A DNA stretch of 64,000 nucleotides from Pelagomonas calceolata (GCA_918797485.1 CAKKNE010000003.1:3162001-3226000); one strand, 5' to 3'; counted from the stretch's first letter, positions 1 to 11,700 are shown. Notes: generated from the sequence alone by a model not told the origin. Numbers and translations are program-made.

Positions 1-229
1 CTTCTCGCTCGTGTTCAACGGGCTCGGCGTGCCGATCGCCGCCGGTGCGCTCTTCCCGGTCCTCCGCGTGCGGCTGCCGCCCGAGGTCGCCGCGCTGGCC
101 ATGGCGCTTAGCTCGTTCTGCGTCGTCGCGTCGTCCCTCTCCCTCAACACGTTCCGGCCCGCGCCCGGCGGCGGCGCCGCGGAGACCGGAGCGCCCGCGG
201 CCGAGCCGCGCGTCGTCGTCGGGGCCTGA
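1..229 (+). CDS. C-terminal end of a P1B-type (Cu/heavy-metal) ATPase, partial
   Basis: FNGLGVPIAAG..LPPEVAALAMALSS..V..SL matches the last two TM helices of P1B ATPases; truncated by the window start. Confidence 0.85.
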   Translation, partial: FSLVFNGLGVPIAAGALFPVLRVRLPPEVAALAMALSSFCVVASSLSLNTFRPAPGGGAAETGAPAAEPRVVVGA

Positions 230-545
230 GGTCCTTGTGTACATAGTCATTTGTGTTTCTTTGGCACCACGTGAGATGGCGCGTTCTTCTTCTTCCTGGT
301 ACTAATATAGAAGTAATAACAACAACGATTCACTTATCCAACTTGAAAACGCACTTCTCGAACGCCCGCCGCGCGGCGGCCGCCACGACTAGCGACACGC
401 CCATGCCGACGATCTTCGCCCGGAGCACCTTTCCGTCGGTCGGAGCGCGGGCGGCGGCGGGTCGATCGCTTGCGAAGTCTCTCATCACGATACTAGTACT
501 ACTACTAGTAGTCTAGATAGTACGAGGCCTTACACAACGTTTTCG

Positions 546-1778
546 TCAAGACTGAGCGCAGCCGAGGCAGCCGCCGGCGCAGGGCCGATGATGGGCCCGG
601 TCCGCGGAGCCGGCGGGCGGCGGCGGCGGCGGGGCGGCGGCGTCGATCGGCGGGCGCCGGACGGCCGGCGCGGCCTCGACGACGTTCGCGCGCCCCCCGA
701 CCGAAAACAGGGGCGGCGCGCCGCGTCTGACGTACTTGCCCTGGATCCAGCGCCGTTCCATCGTGACCTTTTGCTTGCGGTTCGTGATGTCGCGCTCGAC
801 GAAGCCGACGGCGAGCGCCTCGAAGTCCGCGTCGAACAGCGCGTCGAAGTCCGCCCGCGAGAAGTAGCGCGCGAGCGTGCCCTCGCCCCTCACGAAGCCG
901 TCCTCCTCCGCCGTCCTCCGGTTCGGCTTCGCCTCCAGGCGCTTCTGCGCGAGGTCGCCCGCCGCGTAGTCGCGCACGAAGAGCAGGCCGCCGGGCCGCA
1001 GCAGCCGCGCGCACCGCGCGACGCACCGCGCCGCCGGCGCCCTCTCGAGCGCCGACAGCGCGAAGATGAGCGTGATCGCGTGGAGCCCGCCGATGCCTGC
1101 GTGGAAATCATGGACCTTCGCGGACCTCCACGCCATTGAGCCGACGCAGTCACGGCGACGACGTCGCGTCCATGGTCTGAAAACTCACGCCATCGAGCGT
1201 GGGGCGCCCGAAATTAGATTTCCTCACAGGCCGAGACCGGACGCGAGCGCCTCGCACGCCGCCCAGGCCGCGTCGCCCTCCGCGGCGCCGGCGTCCGCCA
1301 CCCAGGCGTGGCAGCGGCGCGCCCGCGACCGGAGCTGCGCCGCGTACTCGGGCCTCTCCCTCAGGATGCCGATCGCCTCCGCGCTGAAGTCCGCGCACAG
1401 CAGGAACAGGTCCGGGTTCGCCCGCAGCAGCGGGAAGGCCGCCGCGCCGCAGCCGCAGCCCGCCTCGAGGCCCACGACGCCGCAGCCCGCGAGCTCGCGC
1501 GCGGCCGGGAACGCGTCGCTCCGGTCGACCGCCTCGCCGTCGCTCTCGAGCGGCGCCTGGTGGCGGAGCGGGTCCGCCCGCACGGCGGCCGGCATCAGCT
1601 CGGGCAGCTCGCGCCGCAGCCAGTGCCGGTCCTTGTAGAAGCGGCCACCCCGCCGCGCGTAGAAGTCGTCCCAGTGCACGTCGAGGGGCGCGTCGCGCGG
1701 GACCTTGGGCCGCTTCGGCTTGCGCGGCTGGCGGCCCCGCGCGGGCGGGTCGCCCGGGCGGCGCGGCGTGCGAGGCAT
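546..1778 (-). CDS. METTL2/METTL6-like tRNA m3C methyltransferase (2 exons; intron 1097-1237)
   Basis: WDDFY..FYKDRHWLRRELPEL, LEAGCGCG, ADFSAEAI, LIFALSAL, LRPGGLLFVRDY, RRWIQGKY; a phase-1 GT-AG intron joins the two ORF frames. Confidence 0.88.
1097..1237 (-). mobile_element. Introner-type intron (8-nt degenerate TSD, 13-nt TIR)
   Basis: Donor GTCTCGGC vs post-acceptor GCATCGGC (6/8); ends CTGTGAGGAAATC...GATTTCCACGCAG. Confidence 0.85.
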
Positions 1779-1980
1779 CAGTGGCAGTGCTTGGCTTGCA
1801 GTGGCCGCACCGAGCTTTTTTAGCAAGCTGACGCGGGCACACGAGCTGTGGTTTGGCGGAGGTTTTATAAGAGGGATCCTTGCGCTCGTGCGCGCTGCTT
1901 GATTGTTGCAGGGGCAGTGTTTACGCCAGTCGTACCGACTAGCTCCCCCGGACCCGGCACACCTATTAAATAAGCCGACA

Positions 1981-2046
1981 ACCCGCGACCTGGGAGGCTC
2001 CCGGCCGGGGCTCAATCGCCAGTGATTTATCTTTAGCCTTAGTTTA
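1981..2046 (-). repeat. Short dispersed intergenic repeat, homologous to 14841-14903 (+)
   Basis: Shared core TAAAGATAAATCACTGGCGATTGAGCCCCG in opposite orientations. Confidence 0.8.
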
Positions 2047-2128
2047 CCGCAGACGTGTGCACTACACACAAAACCCGCCAACGTCTCAGAATATGAAAGT
2101 GTACACAGGACCCCCACGAGCGAGTCCG

Positions 2129-4135
2129 CTACTTCGCCACGGCCGACGTGCAGACGTAGTCCGCCGCGAAGGCCGCGAGCGCGGGCTGGCCCACGCGCGC
2201 GGCGAAGTCGCCGAAGGCCTCGCTCTCGTCGAGGCGCTCGTCGCGCCACATGGCGAAGAGCGGCTCGAGGGAGTGCTCGATCGTCTTGGTCTTGCAGCGC
2301 TCCTTGTACTCGAAGCCGACGCGCGTCAGCACGGGGCTGCCGCCGACGTAGAGCTGGTACGAGGCCTTGCCGTCGCCCACGAAGCCGAGCTCGGCCATGT
2401 AGGGCCGCCCGCAGCCGTTCGGGCAGCCCGTCATGCGCATCATGACCTCCTCGTCGAGGAGGCCGAGGTGGTCCATGACGGCGCGGACGCGCGTGATCAT
2501 CGTGGGCATGAGCCGCTCCGCCTCGGTCACGGCGAGGCCGCAGAGCGGCAGCGCGGGGCAGGCCATGGACAGCCGCGTCAGCGGGTCGACGGCCTCGATC
2601 GGCAGGATGCGGTGCTCGGCCATGAGCCGCTCCACCGTGGCGCGGTGGTCCGGCGCGACGTTCGTCACGACGATGGACTGCGTCGGGCTCAGGATGAAGT
2701 CGGCGCCGACCTCGGTCACGCAGGCCCGCAGGAAGGACCGCCACTGCGGCCCGCCGTCAGCGTAGTCGCGCACGCGGCCCTGCTCGCAGTTGATGCCCAC
2801 GAACAGCGTGCCGTCGCCGGCCGCGTGCCAGCCCATCCAGTCGCTGTAGCGCCACTCCTTGAGCTCGGCGACGGGCGCGATGGGTCTGCCGAGGTAGCTC
2901 TCGACGAGCGCGCGGAACGCGTCCTGGCCGAGCGTGTGCACGAGGTACTTGAGGCGCGCGTTCGCGCGCACCTCGCGGTTGCCGTGGTCGCGCTGGGCGG
3001 CCACGACGGCCTTGAGCGCGGGCACGAGCTCCTCGTCCGTGAAGAAGCCGAGCGGCGACGCCGCGCGCGCGAACGTCGTCTCCTTGCCGTGCGTCCGGCC
3101 GAGGCCGCCGCCGACGTAGACGTTCGCGCCGGAGAGGTCCTCCTTGACGACGACGCCGATGTCGTTGATGAAGACGTCGATGGAGTTGTCGCCCTCGACC
3201 GTCACGCCGATCTTGAACTTGCGCGGCAGGTAGATGTCCCCGTAGATGGGCTCCACCGGGTGGTCGAGCACGACGCCGCGCCCGTCCGGCGCGCGCATCC
3301 ACTCCTGCATCTTCGCGTCGACGCGCAGCTCGTCCGCCTTCGCGAAGTTCTCGACCGTCGGCGTGCCGCCGCCCGTCACCGCGTCGACGAGGTGCCGCTT
3401 CCAGTACTGCACCGACGCGAGCTTGTCGCCGTCGCACCAGATCTCGCTGAAGGCCTCCGTCTGCGGCACGAAGAGCTCCGCGCAGATCGCCGCGACGGCG
3501 CCCGCGCGGCGGTAGGCCGGCGGCGCGCCCTCGACCATGGGCACGGGCGGCGCCATGACGTTCCGGTTGATGTCGCCGCAGCCGCCGATCGTCGTCGAGC
3601 CCGCGTCCATGATCGTGCGGATCACGTGCTTCAGGTTCGCCTTGGAGATGCCGTGGATCTGGAAGGCCTGGCGCGTCGTCATGCGCAGGTCCCGCTGGCC
3701 GAAGCGCTCGCAGAGGTCGTCGAGCACGAGGTAGAGCGGGCCGGGGCACTCGCCCGAGGGCACCTTGAGGCGGAGCATGAACTGCCAGGCCTTCTCGGCG
3801 CCCTTCTTGCGCTTCTCGCGGTCGTCCTGCTGGTAGCTCCCGTGGAACTTGAGCAGGTTGTACGAGTCGTGGCTGATCGAGATCGTCTCCATGTCGGCCA
3901 GGTCCTCGACCAGCGGGTGCCGCAGGTAGTCGCTCTCGAGCTTCATCTGGTTCACGCCGTCGAGGCCCTGGACGCGCAGCCCCGGGAGGCCCACGAAGCC
4001 CGTCTTGTCGCTCACGTCGGGCCGCGCCCTCTCGAGGACCATGGTCAGGGGCCGCGGGCCGCGCCGCGGGCGCGCTGCGGGCGCGCGGTAGCCCGCGGCG
4101 CCCGCGTAGAAGAGGGCCACGAGGAACGCGCGCAT
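2129..4135 (-). CDS. SIR: Ferredoxin-dependent sulfite reductase, plastid-targeted
   Basis: LKFHGSYQQDDR, TTRQAFQIHG, YLPRKFK, siroheme/Fe-S motifs ACPALPLCGLA and MTGCPNGCGRP; N-terminal signal plus transit-like peptide. Confidence 0.95.
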   Translation of the reverse strand: MRAFLVALFYAGAAGYRAPAARPRRGPRPLTMVLERARPDVSDKTGFVGLPGLRVQGLDGVNQMKLESDYLRHPLVEDLADMETISISHDSYNLLKFHGSYQQDDREKRKKGAEKAWQFMLRLKVPSGECPGPLYLVLDDLCERFGQRDLRMTTRQAFQIHGISKANLKHVIRTIMDAGSTTIGGCGDINRNVMAPPVPMVEGAPPAYRRAGAVAAICAELFVPQTEAFSEIWCDGDKLASVQYWKRHLVDAVTGGGTPTVENFAKADELRVDAKMQEWMRAPDGRGVVLDHPVEPIYGDIYLPRKFKIGVTVEGDNSIDVFINDIGVVVKEDLSGANVYVGGGLGRTHGKETTFARAASPLGFFTDEELVPALKAVVAAQRDHGNREVRANARLKYLVHTLGQDAFRALVESYLGRPIAPVAELKEWRYSDWMGWHAAGDGTLFVGINCEQGRVRDYADGGPQWRSFLRACVTEVGADFILSPTQSIVVTNVAPDHRATVERLMAEHRILPIEAVDPLTRLSMACPALPLCGLAVTEAERLMPTMITRVRAVMDHLGLLDEEVMMRMTGCPNGCGRPYMAELGFVGDGKASYQLYVGGSPVLTRVGFEYKERCKTKTIEHSLEPLFAMWRDERLDESEAFGDFAARVGQPALAAFAADYVCTSAVAK

Positions 4136-4460
4136 CGTCGTGGTGGTTACACGCCGGGCACACGCTGGCGGCGCGCGAAGGTTCGCGCGGGCTCTTCGCC
4201 CGCCCGCTGGGACGGAGGTGGTTCCGTGAGCACTGCGGCTCTTTTAGGTCGTGTGCAGCGCGCCTCGGGCGGAAGCAAGCGCCTCGCCGCCGGGCGCCGC
4301 CACTGCTACCTACCTAGCGTCTTCTACACTAGCGTAACGGAGAAAACCTCCCTGAAGAAGTTTCCGATCCCTCTGCGCGAAGTAAACCCCGTTCCTCTTT
4401 TTTTGCAAAATCGGTTACATAATCTGCACACAGCCGCAAGGAGGATGGTGAGGAACCGCC

Positions 4461-7376
4461 TCACCCCTGGAAGAACGTCCAGGCGAACTGCTGGGCCACG
4501 TCCGGGTCCACGTAGCGCCCGCCGCGGCCGAGGCGCGCGGGGTCGACCGCGACGCCGAGCGCGGCGTCGGCGGCCTCCTGGCGCGCCTCGCTCGAGAAGA
4601 CGACGGTCTTCTCGAGCTGCGCCGACTGCGCCGCGAGCTCGTTGTGGAGCGCGAGGTCGTTGTGGTCGTAAAATTCTGGTGCGTCGCCGGCAGGAGCGCG
4701 GTCGACCGAGAACGTGCACCGCGAGCCCTGGTGCGTCGCCTGCAGGGCCAGGCGCGTCCCTTGCTCGACGGAAACCTCCTCGAGCGGCTGGCAGGCCTGG
4801 AGCCAGCACGTCTCCGCGTCGTCGGGGCCCGTCGCGAGGTCGGCGCCGTCGCCGAGGTCCAGGACGTGCCAGAAGACCACGGCGTTCAGCCGGCCCGTCG
4901 CCGTGACCTCGACGTCCCCGCGCCAGGCGCCCTCGAGGTACCCGTCGGCGAGCGCGCTCGCCCGCGAGAAGTCGAAGTCGAAGACGTCGAACGGCGCCGA
5001 CAGCCGCCGGTGCGCCTCCTCCTCCAGCCGGAGGCCGTAGTAGTCCGGCTGGAAGCGCCGGGTCCCGAGGCAGCGCACGTCGAGGCCGTCGCCCGTCTCC
5101 GCCTCGCCGAGCTCGACGAGCACCGCCCGGAGCGCCGCGCCGCGCGGCACCATCCTCGCGTCCGCGCGGAGGCAGTGCGCCCACGCGTGGCGCGCGAAGT
5201 GGAGGCACCCCTCGCCCAGCAGCCCGTAGTCGAACAGCTCCATCACGAGCACGTCGGCCCGGTCCCCGAAGTCGCGGCCCGCCTCGAGGCGGCGGCAGTC
5301 CTTGTGCACGAACCGCACCGCGGCGGCGTGCGGCGTCGCGCGCGCGATCTCCCGCGCGCACGCGAGGACGTGCGCCGACGTGTCCACGCCGACGACGGCG
5401 GTCGCGCCCGCCTCGCAGGCGTACAGCGCGAGGAGCCCGCTGCCCGTGCCGAAGTCCAGGACGGCGCAGCCCGCGGCGGCGCCGGGCCGCTGCGGCCCCG
5501 TGCGCTTGCCCTCGAGGACCGACGCGACGGCCGCCCGGATCCCGGCGCGGAACGCCGCGTTCCGCCGCGCGTCCGCCACCATGTCGAGGTGCCACCGCCC
5601 GAGGCAGTGCCGGTGCACGACCGGCGCGACGCGCTGGGGGGCCGTGACCTCGAAGGCGACCCGCGTCTCCGTCACGCGCGCCGCCACGCGGATCGGGGCG
5701 CCCTTCGCGACGCGCACGGGGTCGACCCACTGGACGCGCTGCCGCCGCCCGCCGCCCGGCGCCGTCCCGAAGCGGAGCTCGTCCACCAAGTCCAGTTCGA
5801 ACCAGAACGCGACGCCGTTCAGGACGCCGTCCTCGCCGGCCTCGAACGCCAGGCGCGCCTCGCGCGCCGCGAGCGCCGCCTCGACGTCCGCGGCGCAGAA
5901 GTCGAGCTCGGCGCAGGGCACCGGCGGCGCCAGGAGCCGGTACGCGCCCGCCCGCGCCTGCATCGAGCCGTCCAGGTCCAGCTCCTCGGACCCCGGGCCC
6001 CACCGGTACCGGTCCAGCGCCGCGAGGGGCACGCCGTGCGACGCCGGCAACCGCGCCGCGAGCGGCGCGCAGAAGACGCGCGCGCGCGCGGGCACGACGA
6101 CGCACTCGGGGACGGCGAGGTGGCGCCGCGCGTGGCGCACGTAGGGGAGCGCCCGCCGGCCGAGGAGGCCCCCGTCGAAGAGGTCCGGGTCCACGACGAC
6201 GACGACGGCCGGCGGCGCCGCGTCGAAGACCTCCTCGACCGGCGCCTCCACCCACTCCACGGCGTCCGCCAGGCCGTTGGCCGCGAGCACGTCCCGCGCG
6301 CCGGCGGCCGGCCCGACCGCGAGCGCGCGCACGGGGCCCGCCGCCGCCCGCGCGCAGCGCGCGAGCGACCGCCCGCAGCCGGCGCCGACGTGGAGCCAGG
6401 CCGCGTCGCCGAGGTCCGCCTCGCCCAGCCGGCGCCGGACGCGCTCGATCGCGCCGCCCCACGCCTCCGCCGCGCGCCGCGCCGCGGCGCCCGCGCGCCG
6501 GAACCTGCGCGGGCGGCCGCCGCGTCGGCGCGACCATTCTCTCATTGGGGTTCGTGGGTTCCGCGCGGGCCGGCGCGGCGCCGCGAGGGCCGACGCGCGC
6601 TCGAGGTAGGCGACGACGGCCGCGAGGGCGGTCTGGCCCTCGAGCTCCGCGGGACGCGTCGCCTGCGGCAGGCGGAGCATGGTCTGGACGTAGTAGATGT
6701 CCGCCGGCGCCTGCTGGTCGATCTGGGCCTGCTGCTTCCGCTGCATGAGGTCGTGCATCTCCTCGACAGTCTCGACGACGGGCGCGCCGGACCGCGCCGG
6801 GCCGCGCCGGCCGCCGCCGCCGCCGTCGCCGTCGCCGTCGTTGACGAAGTCGAAGCGCGAGTAGTCCGTCTCGTGGCGCCGCGCGCGGCGCCGCTCGGCG
6901 GCCGCCGCCTCATCCCGCGCGCGGCAGCGCTCGCGCCAGCGCCCGAACTCCGCGTTGTCCGGCTCCAGCCGCGCGCCCTCGTCGAACGCCTGGGACGCGT
7001 CGCCGAACTTGTCCTGCGCGAAGAGGGCCCGCCCCAGCCGGTACCAGGCCTTGGGCCACGCCGGCTCGCGGCGCGCGCACTCCGCCGCGTCCCGCGCCGC
7101 GCCGGCCGCGTCGCCGCGCCCGAGCTTGCACGCCGAGCGGTTCGCGAGCGCGCGGACGGCGTCGCGCTCCGTCGCGTCGGCGCCCGTCCGCGCGAGGTAC
7201 TCGAGGCCCGTCACGGCCTGGTTGTAGTGGTCGTAGGCGCCCTGGTAGTCCTTCCGCTTGAACGCCGCCGCGCCGAGCTCCTGGGCGCGGGCCAGCGCGC
7301 GCGCGAGGTCCGGCCGCGGCACGCGCTCCAGCTGGCGCCAGGTCGCGTCCAGCTCGGCCGCCGAGATCGCCGCCAT
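4461..7376 (-). CDS. TPR plus tandem PRMT-domain protein, PRMT9-like arginine methyltransferase
   Basis: Three TPRs; WHLDMVADARRN, VLDFGTGSGLL, ELFDYGLLGEG, ETCWLQA; probable in-frame 72-nt intron at 6505-6576. Confidence 0.8.
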   Translation of the reverse strand: MAAISAAELDATWRQLERVPRPDLARALARAQELGAAAFKRKDYQGAYDHYNQAVTGLEYLARTGADATERDAVRALANRSACKLGRGDAAGAARDAAECARREPAWPKAWYRLGRALFAQDKFGDASQAFDEGARLEPDNAEFGRWRERCRARDEAAAAERRRARRHETDYSRFDFVNDGDGDGGGGGRRGPARSGAPVVETVEEMHDLMQRKQQAQIDQQAPADIYYVQTMLRLPQATRPAELEGQTALAAVVAYLERASALAAPRRPARNPRTPMREWSRRRGGRPRRFRRAGAAARRAAEAWGGAIERVRRRLGEADLGDAAWLHVGAGCGRSLARCARAAAGPVRALAVGPAAGARDVLAANGLADAVEWVEAPVEEVFDAAPPAVVVVVDPDLFDGGLLGRRALPYVRHARRHLAVPECVVVPARARVFCAPLAARLPASHGVPLAALDRYRWGPGSEELDLDGSMQARAGAYRLLAPPVPCAELDFCAADVEAALAAREARLAFEAGEDGVLNGVAFWFELDLVDELRFGTAPGGGRRQRVQWVDPVRVAKGAPIRVAARVTETRVAFEVTAPQRVAPVVHRHCLGRWHLDMVADARRNAAFRAGIRAAVASVLEGKRTGPQRPGAAAGCAVLDFGTGSGLLALYACEAGATAVVGVDTSAHVLACAREIARATPHAAAVRFVHKDCRRLEAGRDFGDRADVLVMELFDYGLLGEGCLHFARHAWAHCLRADARMVPRGAALRAVLVELGEAETGDGLDVRCLGTRRFQPDYYGLRLEEEAHRRLSAPFDVFDFDFSRASALADGYLEGAWRGDVEVTATGRLNAVVFWHVLDLGDGADLATGPDDAETCWLQACQPLEEVSVEQGTRLALQATHQGSRCTFSVDRAPAGDAPEFYDHNDLALHNELAAQSAQLEKTVVFSSEARQEAADAALGVAVDPARLGRGGRYVDPDVAQQFAWTFFQG
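6505..6576 (-). mobile_element. Probable in-frame GC-AG introner-like intron
   Basis: GCGCCGGC vs GTTCCGGC (6/8); CCGCGCGG...CCGCGCAG inverted ends; codon bias is lost across the 72 nt. Confidence 0.55.
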
Positions 7377-8486
7377 GTTTCTTTGCTATGCAGGCAACCT
7401 GAGCGCTCGTGAATCACCAAGATGTAATTGCATTATATTATATAATGCACCTCACGTGGGCAGGCGACTACTAGCGGCTGTAAGACAGCTGCAGTACTTT
7501 TTTACCGCGCTCGTGTCGCCAGCTCTTCTTTTGTGCACGGTAGCGGTGTACTCTGAAGAGCCGGACGCAGGCCTGCCAACATGCGGCGGCAGAGCGGCCG
7601 CAAAGTGTGGGAGGCCACCAGCCTAGCCTCAATTTAACCGACGGGTTTTGCGGGAAACCGGTGCGCGGTCTTGCGGGACCCCTCCCCGCCCCAGGAGACT
7701 CGTCGCAGAGGTCGTGCAGCGATGTGCGGGAAAAAAAAAGGGAACCGCCGCCACGCAACCTTGATCTGCAGAACGCGGACGCGAAGGCGCTTTGCTTGAG
7801 ACCCGACCCAGAGCTAGTCAAGGTATCCAGGGTCCCGGCGCGCCGCCGCTCCGTGGAGTCTTGCCCGAGTGCCGCCGCCGACGAGGATCTCCGTAGCCCG
7901 CCGCCGGCCCGCCGCCGCGCCCGCGGGGGAGTCGCGAAAAACACCCGCGCGTTCGCAACATTGCGCCGACGGAAGACCCGAAGAGTTGTCATCGGAAGGA
8001 GCTTGAATTGCTGGGGTGAGTCAACATCGCCAATGAAGGCCCGTCGACCCGTTGAATTGCGAGGAAGCCGAGGATGAATCGCCTACTTGCCCAACACGTC
8101 GCGCCGCGTCGAACGCCCCCACGACGCCTTCGCGAGGCCCTCGCGCACGCCCGGCCGGACCACGAGATCAGAAATCGCGTCGAGATCAAGTGTCGTCCTC
8201 CTCCTCCCCATCAGAACCAGACTCGGAGTCAGACGCGGTCGTGCGATACATGCGAGGAACGACATGCTCGCGTTCCTTCGCCGCCCACGCACCCAACGTC
8301 TCCGTGAATATGAAAGGCAGCTCGCGGTCCAGGTCACGGTCTTTGCTATTGCCCCCATTTCCAAGACAGAGCGCCACAATCTCAATCGAGGGCGTCCACG
8401 AGAGCCAATCGACCGCTCCTCGCCGCGAGAGCGCGGCGCCGACGCGGTTCCGCCATTCGTCGCGCGCGTCGGCCGCCGCAGGGCAC

Positions 8487-8660
8487 AATTGTCAAGCGGC
8501 TGGTTGAAGGACCTTGCGTCTTCAAACATATGATTCATATAATCCACATTTGACACGTCCCAATTGTTGAGCGGCTGGTTGAAGGACCTTGCGTCTTTAA
8601 ACATACGATTCATATTCCTCACATTGATCACGTTCCAATTGTTGAGGGACTGGTTGAAGC
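8487..8660 (-). pseudogene. AT-rich DUF285 (BspA-like LRR) repeat fragment
   Basis: FNQPLNNWDVSNVDYMNHMFEDARSFNQPL 25-aa/75-nt repeats; abrupt junctions to unrelated sequence. Confidence 0.8.
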
Positions 8661-8793
8661 GGCGAAGAACAGCGTTTTGACGAGCGGACATCATCGGGCG
8701 AGGCGCCCGCCGACGAGGAAGCCAAAACTCGAGCCAAGAACCGGGGCCTCAGCCGTCTCATCAGCAAAAGCGCAGAAAAAACAAACGCAAAGC

Positions 8794-11700
8794 TTAGTCG
8801 ACCTCCTCCGCCGCGCCGGCAGCGCTCCCGGGCCGGTCGTCGTCGCCGTCGCCGTGGTTGAGCGCGACGAGGATCACGGAGACGTTGTCCACGGAGCCGC
8901 GCCGGAGCGCCTCCTCCGTGACGGCCCGCGCCGCCCGCTGCAGGTCGCCGTGGTCGTTCAGCTCCCCGCGGATGAAGTTCGCCACGACCCGCGCCGAGAG
9001 CGCGTCCCAGAGCCCGTCGCAGCCGAGCACGACGAACTCGTCCTCCTCGGTGACGTTCTGGATGCGCACCTCGGGCGTCGCCGTGAGCACGGGCGGCTCG
9101 CCGCTCTTGTGCGCCACGTCCCCGAAAGACCGCGACACCGCGAGCGTCCCGTGGAGGCGGTGGTTCACGACGAGGCCGCCCGCGCCCCGGACGCGCGCGA
9201 GCTCGTCGGCCCGCGTCAGGCGGTGGTCCTGCGTCAGGCTCGCGCCGCGGGCCCCGCGCGCGCCCAGCACGCACCGCGAGTCGCCCGCGTGCGCCACGAC
9301 CAGTCGCCGCCCGGGCCCGTCGAAGAGGCAGACGACGGCCGTCGAGCCGCTCCCGTCGTCCTGGGCCCGGAGCCGCGCGCAGCACCGCTCGTCCGTCTCG
9401 CGGAAGGCCCGCGCCACGGCCTGCCGCGTGTCCTCGAAGAGCTGCGCGCCCCGCCGGCAGATGCCCGCGTGGAGCTCGCGCTGCAGGTACGTCGCGCACG
9501 CGTCGCCGCCGTGGCCGTCGAAGATGCCCATGTACGCGTACCCCGAGTACCGCGGGTCGTCGCAGCCCGGCAGCTCGGCCAGGTCCGGGATCACCGTGAC
9601 GCGGTCCTCCTGCGACGGCCGCTGGCCGCGCCGCGAGTGCCACGCGCAGGCGACGCGCGCGAGCGGGTTCGTCAGGCCCGCCGGCGCCGCGAAGCGCCGC
9701 CGCTCGAGCACGTGCGTCGCCGCGGCGGGCGGCACGGCCACGGCGAGGTCCAGCGCGCCGCCGTCGTCCTCGACGGCGCCCGCGAGGTCGTCGTCGTCGC
9801 TCGCGTCGTCGTCGTCGGCCGAGGCCGCGCGCCGCCGCAGCGACGGCTTCGAGTGCTTCTTCGCGAAGGCCCGGCGCTTGTCCTCGGCGTCGCGCGAGCT
9901 CAGGACGCGCGCCGGGGGCGCCGCCGTCTCCTCCGGCGCCTTCTCCGGCGTCGGGGCCCGCCTGCTCTTCCGCTTGGCGACGATGGCGCCGTCGAGGTCC
10001 GCCGCGGAGACGGTAATCTTCTCGAAACGGTGGGCCGCCTCGACGACGCCGTCGCGCCGCGGCTCGAGCGCCGCGAGCGCCGGCCGGTCGCGCGCCGGCC
10101 GCCGCGCCGGCGGCGGCGGCTGCCGGAGCCACGCGGCCCCGCGCACGGCCTCGAGCGAGCTGCGCGCCGCCGGGTCCTTGGCGAGCATGCCCAGCAGCAG
10201 CTCGCGCAGGCCGCGCGCGAGCGGCGCCTCGGTCGCGGGGAAGCGCAGCTCGTCGTGGATGATCCTGTGGTAGAGCCGGATCACCTTGTCCGCCACGAAG
10301 GGCGGCCGGCCGCAGCGCAGCATGAACATCGTGACGCCCAGCGCCCAGACGTCCGCCGACGGGCCGGCGTACGGCCGCCCGGCGCAGATCTCGGGGCACA
10401 TGAACGCCGGCGTGCCCGCCGTCTCGAGGAGCGCCTCCTCCTGGGCCAGCATCTTCGAGATGCCGAAGTCCGCGATCTTGAGCACGCCGTCCTCGCCCAG
10501 CAGCAGGTTCTGCGGCTTGATGTCGCCGTGCACGATGCTCTGCGCGTGCAGGTAGTCCAGGCCCGACGCGACCTGCCGGATGCAGGTCCAGAGCGGCCCC
10601 TCGCCCATGGCGTCGCAGCGGTACCGCTTGGCGTCGCCCCGCATGATCTGCATGAGGTCCCCGAGCTTCATGTACTCGAGCACGAGGTAGAGCTTGTTCA
10701 CCTTGGGGTCGTCCATGACCTCGAAGAGCCGGAGGACGTGGGGGTGGCTCAGCTTCTTCATGATGGCGATCTCCCGCTTGACGTCGTCGAGCATCGTCGA
10801 CCCGCCCGTGAGCTTCCGCCGCAGGACCTGCTTGTTGATCACCTTCACGGCGTAGAGCCGGTCGCTCGTCTTCTCCTTGGCGAGGCGCACGTCGGCGTAG
10901 GAGCCCGTGCCCACGGAGTCCAGGAGGATGTAGTTGTTGACCATGTACCGCTTCTTGAGGAAGTCGCCCGACGTCGGCATCGGGTGCGCCATCTCCGTCG
11001 GCAGCGACGCCTTGCGGCGCGACACGCGGCTCGTGTCGACGACGCCGCCGCCGCCCGCCGCCGGCGGCGGCGACGCCGCCGCGCGCCGCCGCGACGGCGT
11101 CGGCGTCCGCGCGGGCGCCGGCGTCGCGCGCGGCCGCGGCGTCGGCGGCGGCGTCCGCTCGCGCTTCTCGGGCGTCGGCGCCGTCGCGCCGGCCTTGTCC
11201 GAGATCAGGTCGAGGCCCTGCGCCGTGTCGAAGGCGCACCAGTCGTAGACCTCCTCGGCGCCGAGCGAGCCGTCGCTGTCCGACTCGTCGGCGGCCTCCG
11301 CCGGCGGCGCGGCCGCCGCCCGCTCGGCGCCGACGGCCGCTCGTTTCCGAGGGGACTCCGACCGCGGGGCGCGGCCCGCCGGCGAGTCGGCGCCGGCGGC
11401 CTCGGCGCGGCCGCCGCGCGCCGAGCGCGCCGTCGGCGGCGTCGCCGGCGGGGCCGGCTGCGCCGGCTGCGCCGGGCGGCCCGGCGGGCGCGCGGGCCGC
11501 GGGTCCCGCGGCGGGCGCGGCCGGTCGCCCCGCGGGGGCCCCCGCGGCGCCGGCGGCCGGTGGTGCCGCCCGCCCGCCGGCGAGTCGCGCGGCCCGCCCG
11601 ACGGCGTCCGCGAGCGCGGCGGCGGCGGCCGCCCGCGCGCGGGCGGCTGCGCCGGCGACGCCGCGGGCGCGCGGCGCTCGCGGCGCCGCTCCTCGTCGGG

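Noticed and set aside
330..490. Minus-strand peptide KIVGMGVSLVVAAAARRAF resembling DNA methyltransferase motif X
   Set aside because: Too short and lacks the conserved Asn; cannot be supported without a search.
505..560. Selenocysteine readthrough at the TGA after CLGCAQS in the methyltransferase
   Set aside because: Only a short non-conserved tail follows and no SECIS was recognised.
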